This document shows, in pieces, positions 26,704 to 34,737 of a stretch of DNA of 36,343 nt (positions are counted from its first letter, which is position 1; each line of letters starts with the position of its first letter). This DNA comes from Candidatus Wolfebacteria bacterium (GTDB lineage: Bacteria > Patescibacteriota > Minisyncoccia > UBA6257 > UBA9933), in the NCBI GenBank assembly GCA_016933365.1, contig JAFGBB010000032.1:1-36343 (forward strand), given 5' to 3'. Under the pieces are notes generated by a model. It saw only the letters and a list, made by a program, of their open reading frames with translations. It ran no database searches and had not been told where the DNA came from. Both the position numbers and the translations under genes were made by a program.

Positions 26704-28134
26704 ATGAAAACTATTTGTAAAAGAAATGAAAATTATTCGCAATGGTATCAGGACGTTATTGCGAGCGCTGATTTAGCCGAGCATTCAGTTGTGCGAGGAT
26801 GTATGATAATTAAGCCGTATGGTTATGCTATTTGGGAGAGAATAGTTTCTGTTTTAGATTCAATGCTTAAGAATAAAAAAATCAAAAATGCTTATTTTCC
26901 AATTTTTATTCCTCAAAGTTTTTTAGAGAAAGAAAAACAGCATATAGAGGGGTTTTCTCCTGAATTAGCCGTAGTAACGCATGGTGGAGGTAAAAAACTT
27001 GAAGAACCCTTAATTATTCGTCCAACGTCTGAAACAATAATTTATGAATCTTTTTCTAAATGGATTCAATCTTATCGTGATCTGCCTTTTGTGATAAATC
27101 AGTGGGCGAATGTAGTTAGATGGGAAATGCGTCCGAGATTATTTTTAAGAACAACAGAGTTTTTGTGGCAGGAGGGTCATACCGCGCATACTTCTCTTAA
27201 TGAAGCTGAAGATTACTCGTTAATGATACTTAATGAAGTATACGCGAAGTTCGCCGAGGAATATTTAGCTATGCCCGTGTACAAAGGTCAGAAGTCGGAT
27301 GGTGAAAAATTTGCCGGAGCTTTAAAAACTTTTTGTATTGAAGCTTTAATGCAGGATGGAAAATCCTTACAAGCCGGAACTTCTCATAATTTATCTGATA
27401 ATTTTTCTAAATCTTTTAATGTTACTTTTTTAGATAAAGATGAAAAAAGAAAAAATGTTTTTCAGACAAGTTGGGGCGTGAGTACAAGATTGATAGGTGG
27501 ATTAATTATGATTCATAGCGATGATAAAGGATTGGTTTTGCCGCCTAAAATTGCTCCTATACAAGTCGTGATTATTCCAATTATCAAAACCGGAGAAAAA
27601 AAAATTATTTCAAAAGCTCAATCTATTGCTAAGCAACTAACGGAATTTTCAGTGGAAGTTGATTTACGAGAAGATTTGCGACCGGGACAAAAATTTTATG
27701 AGTGGGAAAAAAAGGGTGTACCCGTAAGAATTGAGATTGGCCCCAAAGATTTGGAAAAGGGCGTTGTTATTCTTGTACGTCGTGATACGGGTAAAAAAGA
27801 AGAATGTTTAATAAACCAGCTTCCAAAACGCGTTGATAAACTTTTACGGGATATTCAGTTAAATATCTTTACAATAGCATTAAAGCATAGAGAGGAAAGT
27901 AATAAAATCGCTGATTCTTGGAAAGAATTTGAGGAACTTCTTAAACAGGGAGGATATGTATTTTCTTATTTTTGCGGAGAAAAAAAATGTGAAGCTGAAA
28001 TTAAAAATAAAACAAAAGCAGTAAGTAGATTTTTACCATTAGATATAGAAGAGGAAGAAGGTGATCATTATTGTATTCATTGCGGTAAAAAAACTTTTTA
28101 TAATAAACGTTGGGCATTTGCGCTATCATATTAG
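26704..28134 (+). CDS. proS: Prolyl-tRNA synthetase, archaeal/eukaryotic type
   Basis: RPTSET, QWANVVRWE, FLRTTEFLWQEGHT, LQAGTSHNL, SWGVSTRLIG, C-terminal Zn domain ending in Tyr; no insertion editing domain. Confidence 0.96.
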   Translation: MKTICKRNENYSQWYQDVIASADLAEHSVVRGCMIIKPYGYAIWERIVSVLDSMLKNKKIKNAYFPIFIPQSFLEKEKQHIEGFSPELAVVTHGGGKKLEEPLIIRPTSETIIYESFSKWIQSYRDLPFVINQWANVVRWEMRPRLFLRTTEFLWQEGHTAHTSLNEAEDYSLMILNEVYAKFAEEYLAMPVYKGQKSDGEKFAGALKTFCIEALMQDGKSLQAGTSHNLSDNFSKSFNVTFLDKDEKRKNVFQTSWGVSTRLIGGLIMIHSDDKGLVLPPKIAPIQVVIIPIIKTGEKKIISKAQSIAKQLTEFSVEVDLREDLRPGQKFYEWEKKGVPVRIEIGPKDLEKGVVILVRRDTGKKEECLINQLPKRVDKLLRDIQLNIFTIALKHREESNKIADSWKEFEELLKQGGYVFSYFCGEKKCEAEIKNKTKAVSRFLPLDIEEEEGDHYCIHCGKKTFYNKRWAFALSY

Positions 28135-28149
28135 ATAAGGAGGTGAAAA

Positions 28150-28272
28150 ATGTTTGAATCAGTAAGACTTGAGCTAACTGGGAGATGTGATATGAGATGT
28201 CTTTATTGTCATGCAGGTGAAAAAAATACTAGTTGTTATAATAAAGACGAACTTTCTCAAATTAATAAATAA
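28150..28272 (+). pseudogene. 5' fragment of a radical SAM gene
   Basis: MFESVRLELTGRCDMRCLYCHAG...* (40 aa, CX3CX2C), preceded by strong SD AAGGAGGTG. Confidence 0.75.
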
Positions 28273-28279
28273 TAAAAAT

Positions 28280-29206
28280 ATGAAAAAAATATTTATTGTT
28301 CTAATAATCTTAGTTGTTTTAATCGCAATTTTGCTTGCTTGGTTTTTTATAATTAATAATTCTGAAAATAACGAAAAGCCAATTGTTTGCGCGATGGATG
28401 TAAAAATTTGTTCAGATGGGTCTTATGTGAGTCGGTTTGGTCCTGATTGCGAATTTGCGCCTTGCCCTAAAGAAGACTTAATTCAGATAGAAAATTTACA
28501 AGTTAATCAAGTTATTAATAGTCCGCTTTTTATTGAAGGTAAAGCCAGGGGTTATTGGTTTTTTGAAGCAAATTTTCCAATTAAACTTTTTGACGCGGAA
28601 GGAAAACTTTTAGGGATTGCCATTGCTCAAGCGCAAAATGAAAATGGGGTAGGTTGGATGACTGAAGACTTTGTACCTTTTAAGGCGAATTTGGAATTTG
28701 AGCTTCCAAAGACTGAAATGGGAATTCTTGTTTTTGAAAAAGATAATCCTTCCGGTCTTTTGGAAAACGCTGATGAATTAAGAATGCCAGTTTCTTTTCT
28801 TACGGAAAGTAGAAAAGTAAATCTTTATTATTATAATCCTGAATTAGATAAAGATTCTTTTGATAATATCCAGTGTAGTCAAAATGGTTTAGTGGCGGTT
28901 TCAAGGCAAATTCCTATAAGTCAAACTCCAATTCAAGATACAATTAAGCTTTTACTTTTAGGCAATCTTACTCAGGAAGAAAAATCACAGGGAATTGAAA
29001 CAGAATATCCTTTAGACGGATTTTCTCTTAAAAGCGCTTCTTTAAATAATGAAGTTTTAACACTTGAATTTAACGATTCTTTAAATAAAACAATAGGCGG
29101 TTCTTGTCGCACCGGTATTCTTTGGTTCCAAATTGAAGCAACGGCCAAACAATTTCCTGAGGTTCAAGAAGTTCGTTTTTTACCTGAAGACATTTTTCAA
29201 CCCTAA
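28280..29206 (+). CDS. Membrane-anchored protein with Gmad2 Ig-like and GerMN-like domains
   Basis: Start reassigned to ATG 28280. TM helix, CAMDVKICSDGSYVSR...CEFAPCP, GKARGYWFFEANFP, GGSCR...QIEATAKQF. Confidence 0.82.
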   Translation: MKKIFIVLIILVVLIAILLAWFFIINNSENNEKPIVCAMDVKICSDGSYVSRFGPDCEFAPCPKEDLIQIENLQVNQVINSPLFIEGKARGYWFFEANFPIKLFDAEGKLLGIAIAQAQNENGVGWMTEDFVPFKANLEFELPKTEMGILVFEKDNPSGLLENADELRMPVSFLTESRKVNLYYYNPELDKDSFDNIQCSQNGLVAVSRQIPISQTPIQDTIKLLLLGNLTQEEKSQGIETEYPLDGFSLKSASLNNEVLTLEFNDSLNKTIGGSCRTGILWFQIEATAKQFPEVQEVRFLPEDIFQP

Positions 29207-29242
29207 AATTGAAATTATAACTTTTAAAAATCGAATATTTTT

Positions 29243-29271
29243 AATATATTGACGTCGGACGTCAATATATT
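29243..29271. repeat. Perfect 29-bp palindrome
   Basis: AATATATTGACGTC-G-GACGTCAATATATT. Confidence 0.85.
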
Positions 29272-29307
29272 GGTTTAGATAATTGTTTTGAGTGTAAGGT
29301 TGTTTTT

Positions 29308-29336
29308 TTGACAAAATAAATTTGTTATGTTATATT
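29308..29336 (+). promoter_or_regulatory. Sigma70 promoter
   Basis: TTGACA-17 nt-TATATT with extended TG. Confidence 0.6.
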
Positions 29337-29377
29337 TATTTTAGTAAATTACTAATTTTATAAAGGAGGAGAAAATA

Positions 29378-29569
29378 ATGTATTTTTTTAAAAAACTTCA
29401 AACAGCAGATATTCTTGAAATAAGGTCAGAGGATGGTTCCTTGGTTGGGGTAATTTTACCAACTAATAAAGGAATTAAAATTGTCAGCAAGGAGATTGCT
29501 GACAGTGTAGATAAAAACATTAAAATTGATCGGTCGCCTCCAGCGCCGACAATTATAATCAATTTTTAA
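29378..29569 (+). CDS. Small hypothetical protein
   Basis: 63 aa, SD AAGGAGG, own promoter and terminator. Confidence 0.65.
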   Translation: MYFFKKLQTADILEIRSEDGSLVGVILPTNKGIKIVSKEIADSVDKNIKIDRSPPAPTIIINF

Positions 29570-29590
29570 AATCCTTTTTAAAAATTGATT

Positions 29591-29620
29591 AAGAGCTAAC
29601 AAAAGTTGGCTCTTTTTTTT
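29591..29620 (+). terminator. Intrinsic terminator
   Basis: AAGAGCTAAC-AAAA-GTTGGCTCTT followed by a T-run. Confidence 0.75.
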
Positions 29621-29702
29621 ATGTATTTTTTAATAACTTAATTTGATATTTTTAAAGTTTATTAATTGAAATACTTTAAATAAAAAGTTAAAATAATAAA
29701 AT

Positions 29703-30365
29703 ATGAAAATAAAAGATTTTCCAAAAGTGGATAGACCTAGAGAAAAATTGGAAAAATACGGGCCGGAAAAATTATCTAATTCGGAACTTTTGGCAATTTT
29801 ATTAAGAACCGGAGGTAAGGGTGTTAATGTTGTTGAATTAGCTAAAAAGATTTTAGCTAAATTTAGCGGAGTTGGTTTGGCTAAAGCAAGTTTTAAGGAT
29901 TTAAAAAATACTTTTGGCTTGGGCGCGGCCAAGACTTGCGAAATTGTTGCTTGTTTTGAACTTGGTCGCCGGTTTTTAAAAAACAAGAAATCAATTTTAT
30001 TGCTTTCTCCACAAGATGTTTGGAATGAATTAAAAGATATTCGGGATAATAAAAAAGAACATTTTGTTATTTTCTTTTTAGACGCGCGTAATCAAGAAAT
30101 TAGGCGGGAAATTATTTCGGTTGGTTCGCTTAATGCCAATCTTGTTCATCCGCGCGAAGTTTTTGAGCCGGCAGTTGCCAGTTTGGCGGCGCAAATCATA
30201 ATAGCTCATAATCATCCATCTGGTAATCCAGAGGCGTCTGAAGAGGATTTAAAAATAACAAAAAGGTTGGTTGAAGCCGGTAAAATTCTTGGAATAGATG
30301 TTATCGACCACGTGGTAGTGTCTGAAGGGGAATATTTCAGTTTTAAAGAGAAAAAGTTAATATAA
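29703..30365 (+). CDS. radC: RadC family protein, copy 2
   Basis: Same motifs as copy 1 (AHNHPSG); about 80% aa identical by manual count. Confidence 0.95.
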   Translation: MKIKDFPKVDRPREKLEKYGPEKLSNSELLAILLRTGGKGVNVVELAKKILAKFSGVGLAKASFKDLKNTFGLGAAKTCEIVACFELGRRFLKNKKSILLLSPQDVWNELKDIRDNKKEHFVIFFLDARNQEIRREIISVGSLNANLVHPREVFEPAVASLAAQIIIAHNHPSGNPEASEEDLKITKRLVEAGKILGIDVIDHVVVSEGEYFSFKEKKLI

Positions 30366-30369
30366 AATT

Positions 30370-31080
30370 ATGGATATTTCACAGGATATTTTGAATAAAT
30401 TTTTTACGAGAGAAGATTATTTAGAGTGGATAAGGCAAGAGATGGCGATTTTTGCGTATTTAGACCTGACTAATATGTTCCACTGGCAAGATATTTTGGG
30501 TTGGAAATTTAGAGTAGAAGATGTTATTAAACAACTTTTTACTTTTCCAAATATTAAAGAAGTTAAGGTGTATTATGGATTAAATCCGCGGGACAGAAAA
30601 AATTCCGAAGCTTTTTTAAATCGTATAAAGAAAGCAGGGGCGAGTTTAAGGCCAAATCTGCCAAAGGAAATGAAATTTATTAGAAAAGATATTAATGAAG
30701 CCTTCTTTTTTCAGAGGAGAACGATGGATTTATTTGATGGTGGAACTAAAGAAAAAATTCATAAATTTATAGAAGAATTGGAAAAGTCGGGGATTATTAT
30801 TGAAGAGCCAAAATGTAATTTTGATGTTGAAATGACGATGGATATGCTGGATGACACGGAAAAATTGACCGCGGTGATGCTTTTTTCCGGGGATTCCGAT
30901 ATGCGCGCTCCATTAGAGCGTTTAAGGGTTAAGGGCAAGAAAATTGGTGTTGTTGGCGTAAGGGGAATAGTAGCGGGAGAATTACACACATTAGAAGATA
31001 AATATATTGATTTTGGCAAGTTTTATACGGGAAAAAGGACTTATAAAAGCGAAAATCCCGCCAGAGGCGGGACCGCGTGA
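30370..31080 (+). CDS. NYN (PIN-like, LabA/DUF88) ribonuclease-domain protein 1
   Basis: YLDLTN, VYYG, KCNFDVEMTMD, LFSGDSDM, GKKIGVV. Confidence 0.9.
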   Translation: MDISQDILNKFFTREDYLEWIRQEMAIFAYLDLTNMFHWQDILGWKFRVEDVIKQLFTFPNIKEVKVYYGLNPRDRKNSEAFLNRIKKAGASLRPNLPKEMKFIRKDINEAFFFQRRTMDLFDGGTKEKIHKFIEELEKSGIIIEEPKCNFDVEMTMDMLDDTEKLTAVMLFSGDSDMRAPLERLRVKGKKIGVVGVRGIVAGELHTLEDKYIDFGKFYTGKRTYKSENPARGGTA

Positions 31081-31100
31081 TTAGTAGAATTACTCCTACA
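31048..31100 (-). ncRNA. Predicted antisense sRNA overlapping the NYN1 3' end
   Basis: Minus-strand TTGACG (31130-35) and TG-n-TATATT (31106-11); hairpin GTAGGA-GTAA-TTCTAC; terminator TCCCGCC-TCT-GGCGGGA-TTTT. Confidence 0.5.
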
Positions 31101-31148
31101 AAATCAATATAACAAACAAACGGCTCAATCGTCAATCCCAATCTGGGG

Positions 31149-31190
31149 ATAACTCGATTTCATTGAATTTGGGCCTCAAGAGGCGAAAAT
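31149..31190 (+). repeat. Imperfect direct repeat, left of the TA module
   Basis: ATAACTCGATTTCATTGAATTTGGGCCTCAAGAGGCGAAAAT; about 34/43 identical to 31803-31845. Confidence 0.65.
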
Positions 31191-31196
31191 AGACTC

Positions 31197-31231
31197 TTGA
31201 CAGTTTATTTGTTTGTACGTTATTATGTACA
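31197..31231 (+). promoter_or_regulatory. TA promoter with TGTAC operator half-sites
   Basis: TTGACA (31197-202), TATTAT (31221-26), flanked by TGTACG and TGTACA. Confidence 0.65.
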
Positions 31232-31232
31232 T

Positions 31233-31601
31233 ATGAATATAAACACAAAAACAACAATGTCTATTTCCGAGGCGAGGAAAAGAATTTTTGAAATCGCCAA
31301 AGAGGTTCAAAAACCGGGTAATTTTTATACCTTGACTGAAAAAGGCCGTCAAAAAGCCGTGATTATGTCTGCCGAGGAATTTGAATCTTGGGCGGAAACT
31401 TTGGAAGTGATGAAGGAATTTCCTAATTTAAAAAAAGAAATAAAAGAAACCAATAAAGCTATTAAAAGCGGGGAATACAAAAAATGGACAACTCTTGAGG
31501 AAATTTTAGCGAAAGAAGGATTTGTCTTTGCCGATAAGTCCTCAAAAAAATATGGAGTATCAGCTAAGGTTAAAACCAAGAGCCGAAAAAGAGTTAAATA
31601 G
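31233..31601 (+). CDS. Phd/YefM family antitoxin
   Basis: SISEARKRIFEI, LTEKGRQKAVIMSAEEFESWAETLE; start reassigned to ATG 31233. Confidence 0.92.
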   Translation: MNINTKTTMSISEARKRIFEIAKEVQKPGNFYTLTEKGRQKAVIMSAEEFESWAETLEVMKEFPNLKKEIKETNKAIKSGEYKKWTTLEEILAKEGFVFADKSSKKYGVSAKVKTKSRKRVK

Positions 31602-31806
31602 TCTTTCGCGAAAAGATTATTATAAAATTCTAACGGTTTTAACGGGATTGGCAAAAAACCCCTTTTCCGGGAAAAAACTGGAAGGGGAATATAGGGGTTA
31701 TTATTCAACTCGCGCCTGGCCGTACAGAATCATTTATCAGGCGTTTAAAAAGGAACTTATCGTTCTTATTATTTATATTGGCCACAGACAAGGAGTTTAT
31801 AAATAA
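31552..31806 (+). CDS. RelE/ParE family toxin
   Basis: MEYQLRLKPRAEKEL...NPFSGKKLEG...YRIIY...IGHRQGVYK; overlaps the antitoxin 3' end. Confidence 0.92.
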   Translation: MEYQLRLKPRAEKELNSLSRKDYYKILTVLTGLAKNPFSGKKLEGEYRGYYSTRAWPYRIIYQAFKKELIVLIIYIGHRQGVYK

Positions 31807-31845
31807 CTCAGTTTTATTGAATTTAGGTCCAAAAAGGCGTAAAAT
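31803..31845 (+). repeat. Imperfect direct repeat, right of the TA module; contains the R-M promoter
   Basis: Contains TTGAAT-17 nt-TAAAAT (31817-22, 31840-45). Confidence 0.65.
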
Positions 31846-31865
31846 TATAGTAAATTTATGATTTT

Positions 31866-33938
31866 ATGAAAAATATCTCAAATATTATCAAAGATTCAAA
31901 TTACGGTTTTTCGATTTTTGATCAGAAGTTAGTTGAAGAATTAGAAGATAAAATTACTATTAAAGACGGCAAGCCATATATTGTTTGTATTATTCGTAAT
32001 AAAGAAATTATTTTAAAGCCCGAAGAAGTTGTTCGTCAACTTTATGCGATGAAATTAATTAAAGAATATGGCTATTCAAAACAGAGGATTAAGTTTGAAC
32101 ACGCAATTCATTTTGGTCGCGAGGTAAAATCTGCCGATATTGTTATTTTTGATAAAGATCGGCCGATGGTTGAGTATATTATAATTGAAATTAAGAAACC
32201 AAAACTTCAAGACGGAAAAAATCAGCTTCGTTCTTATACTAATGCTACCGGCGCGCCGATTGCTGTTTGGACTAATGGCGGACAGATTTCGCATTATAAT
32301 CGCAAAGATCCAAACTATTTTGAGGATATTACTGATATTCCTAAATCTGATCAAACACTCGAAGATATTTTAAAAGAAAGGTTTACCCTTAAAGATTTAA
32401 TTATTAAAGATAAAATACCAAACGAAGGAAAATCACTTAAAACTATTATTCAGGAAATGGAAGATGAGGTTTTGGCAAACGCTGGAGTGGATGTTTTTGA
32501 AGAAGTTTTTAAACTTATTTTTACAAAATTATATGATGAACGTAAAAGCGCTAAAGATAAGGAAATTATTAATTATTTTTTGAATCAAAAAGATTTCCCG
32601 ATGGTTATTGCGGATAAACCGTACGTTAAATATGGCGAAAGCAAAGAAAAATCATATGATGAATTAAAAGAGATTATCAGTGAGATTGACGATAGTAAAT
32701 TCAGAGTGCTTGAATTTAGAAATACCGGACAATCTGAAAGCGAGCTAAAAAAGAAAATCCAAAAACTTTTTGACGAAGCCAAAGTCAAATGGCCGGGCGT
32801 TTTTGACGAAACTAGCCAAATTCAGCTTTCGCCCTCCCATCTTTCAATTAGTGTTTCTAGCTTGCAAGACATTAAACTATTCAATTCCAATCTACAAATT
32901 ATTGATGAAGCATTTGAGTATTTGGTCAATAAATCATCAAAAGGAGAAAAAGGCCAATATTTCACGCCTCGTCACGTGATTGATATGTGCGTTAAAATGC
33001 TTAATCCTAAAGCGGGTGAATATATGGTAGATACCGCCGCCGGCTCTTGCGGATTTACAGTGCACACAATTTTTCAAATCACAGGACACTTATTTCAAAA
33101 TACTGATATTTCCGAAGAAGAAAAAGAAAATGTGCTTAAAGTTTTTGGTATAGATTTTGACGAAAAAGTCGTGCGCGTAGCTCGCACTTTAAACTTAATC
33201 GCCGGAGACGGAAATACCAATGTTTTACACTTGAACAACTTGGATTATGAACGTTGGAATGAATCAATCCAAAATCGCGATTGGTTAGAAGTGTATGGAG
33301 CAGGTTTAAAAAGACTTGAAGCTTTGCAAAAAGATAAAAGTTCTTACAAAGAATTTAATTTTGATATTCTTATGGCGAATCCGCCGTTTGCTGGAGATAT
33401 TAAGGAATCTCGCATAATTCATAAATATGATCTTGGTTACAACGACAAAAATAAACCAAAGTCAAAAGTCGGCCGCGATATTTTATTTATTGAAAGAAAC
33501 TTAAACTTTTTGAAGCCAGGCGGAAGAATGGCGATTGTGTTGCCGCAAGGCCGTTTTAACAATACATCGGACAAAAATATTCGCGAGTATATTTCTGAAA
33601 AAGCCAGAATTTTGGCAGTAGTCGGGCTGAATGTAAACACTTTCAAACCACACACGGGAACCAAAACCAGCGTGCTTTTTGTACAAAAATGGGACGATAA
33701 ACTTTGTCCGAAAGTTGAAGATTATCCGATTTTCTTTACTGTGTCCGAGAAACCCGGCAAGGATAATTCCGGCGAGTATGTTTTCTTGAAAAACGGCGGC
33801 GGTCAGTCGAAATTGGATAAAAATGGACACTTTATAATTAATCACGACTTACACAATCAAGACGGCGAATTGCCCGACGGCGTGGCGGAAAAGTTTATTG
33901 AATGGGCAAAAAAAGAGAAATTAAGTTTTTGGAAATAA
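31866..33938 (+). CDS. Fused restriction (HsdR_N-type) and N6-adenine methyltransferase protein (Type IIB/Type I-like RM subunit)
   Basis: PEEVVRQ...ADIVIF...IIEIKK nuclease; GQYFTPR, DTAAGSCGF, ANPPF, LKPGGRMAIVLP. Confidence 0.9.
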   Translation: MKNISNIIKDSNYGFSIFDQKLVEELEDKITIKDGKPYIVCIIRNKEIILKPEEVVRQLYAMKLIKEYGYSKQRIKFEHAIHFGREVKSADIVIFDKDRPMVEYIIIEIKKPKLQDGKNQLRSYTNATGAPIAVWTNGGQISHYNRKDPNYFEDITDIPKSDQTLEDILKERFTLKDLIIKDKIPNEGKSLKTIIQEMEDEVLANAGVDVFEEVFKLIFTKLYDERKSAKDKEIINYFLNQKDFPMVIADKPYVKYGESKEKSYDELKEIISEIDDSKFRVLEFRNTGQSESELKKKIQKLFDEAKVKWPGVFDETSQIQLSPSHLSISVSSLQDIKLFNSNLQIIDEAFEYLVNKSSKGEKGQYFTPRHVIDMCVKMLNPKAGEYMVDTAAGSCGFTVHTIFQITGHLFQNTDISEEEKENVLKVFGIDFDEKVVRVARTLNLIAGDGNTNVLHLNNLDYERWNESIQNRDWLEVYGAGLKRLEALQKDKSSYKEFNFDILMANPPFAGDIKESRIIHKYDLGYNDKNKPKSKVGRDILFIERNLNFLKPGGRMAIVLPQGRFNNTSDKNIREYISEKARILAVVGLNVNTFKPHTGTKTSVLFVQKWDDKLCPKVEDYPIFFTVSEKPGKDNSGEYVFLKNGGGQSKLDKNGHFIINHDLHNQDGELPDGVAEKFIEWAKKEKLSFWK
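33861..33938 (+). repeat. 78-bp direct repeat, copy 1 (3' end of the RM gene)
   Basis: GACGGCGAATTGCCCGACGG...TTTTGGAAATAA; 77/78 identical to 34656-34733. Confidence 0.95.
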
Positions 33939-33939
33939 T

Positions 33940-34545
33940 ATGTTAAACAAAAACACAACTTTCATTTTTATAGATGCTTCAAATTTATGGGAAGCTCAGA
34001 AGGCTAAAGGTAAACTCTTTGATTTTGAAAAACTAAAAAAATTTCTTAAAGAAAAGTTTGATGCCACAGCTATAGAGTTTTTCTATTATTCCGCTTATCC
34101 AGCCGAAGGAACCAGGGATTACAGCACAGACGACAAGCATAAATTCTTCACTTTTCTTAAAAAGGGACTCGGATTTATTGTGCGTAAAAAAGAATTAAAA
34201 AGAATTAATGTTATTACAGAAGTCGGTCAATCAGTTGAAGAAAAGGGTAATATGGATGTGGAGATTACCATTGACTCTCTGCATCATATAAAAAAATATG
34301 ACACGGCCGTTTTTTTCTCGGGCGATTCTGATTTTTTGGCGTTAGTCGCTTATTTGCGTCGAAGAGGAAAGAAAGTTTTTATCTTTTCTTCTGAAAACAA
34401 TATTTCCAGAGAATTGCGAACCGGCGCCAACGGTTATTTTGACATATTAAAAATTGAGAATAATGTCTGGGGGAAAGACTTAAAACACCGAACAGATAAG
34501 TCCACCCGAAAACAAAGCAGCCCTCCGCAAGGAGGACTGCCCTAG
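33940..34545 (+). CDS. NYN ribonuclease-domain protein 2
   Basis: FIDASN, FYYS, KGNMDVEITID, FSGDSDF, GKKVFIFS. Confidence 0.92.
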   Translation: MLNKNTTFIFIDASNLWEAQKAKGKLFDFEKLKKFLKEKFDATAIEFFYYSAYPAEGTRDYSTDDKHKFFTFLKKGLGFIVRKKELKRINVITEVGQSVEEKGNMDVEITIDSLHHIKKYDTAVFFSGDSDFLALVAYLRRRGKKVFIFSSENNISRELRTGANGYFDILKIENNVWGKDLKHRTDKSTRKQSSPPQGGLP

Positions 34546-34583
34546 GATGTAATACCCTTTCAGTTATGGATAACCGAAAGACA
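34508..34583 (-). ncRNA. Predicted antisense sRNA overlapping the NYN2 3' end
   Basis: Minus-strand TTGACA (34612-17)-17 nt-TACATT (34589-94) with extended TG; hairpin CTTTCGGTTA-TCCA-TAACTGAAAG; terminator GCAGTCCTCC-TTGC-GGAGGGCTGC-TTTGTTTT. Confidence 0.58.
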
Positions 34584-34655
34584 TTATTAATGTAGCAAAA
34601 TCATAAACCTATGTCAATAACGATATTAACAATTCTTGATAAATTAAATAACCAT

Positions 34656-34733
34656 GACGGAGAATTGCCCGACGGCGTGGCGGAAAAGTTTATTGAATGG
34701 GCAAAAAAAGAGAAATTAAGTTTTTGGAAATAA
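34656..34733 (+). repeat. 78-bp direct repeat, copy 2 (orphan RM 3' end)
   Basis: Encodes DGELPDGVAEKFIEWAKKEKLSFWK*; ends 4 nt before the next ATG. Confidence 0.95.
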
Positions 34734-34737
34734 AGTT

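Noticed and set aside
28211..28279. N-terminal extension of the Gmad2 ORF in the track
   Set aside because: Overlaps the radical SAM fragment; ATG 28280 gives a typical MKK-hydrophobic leader.
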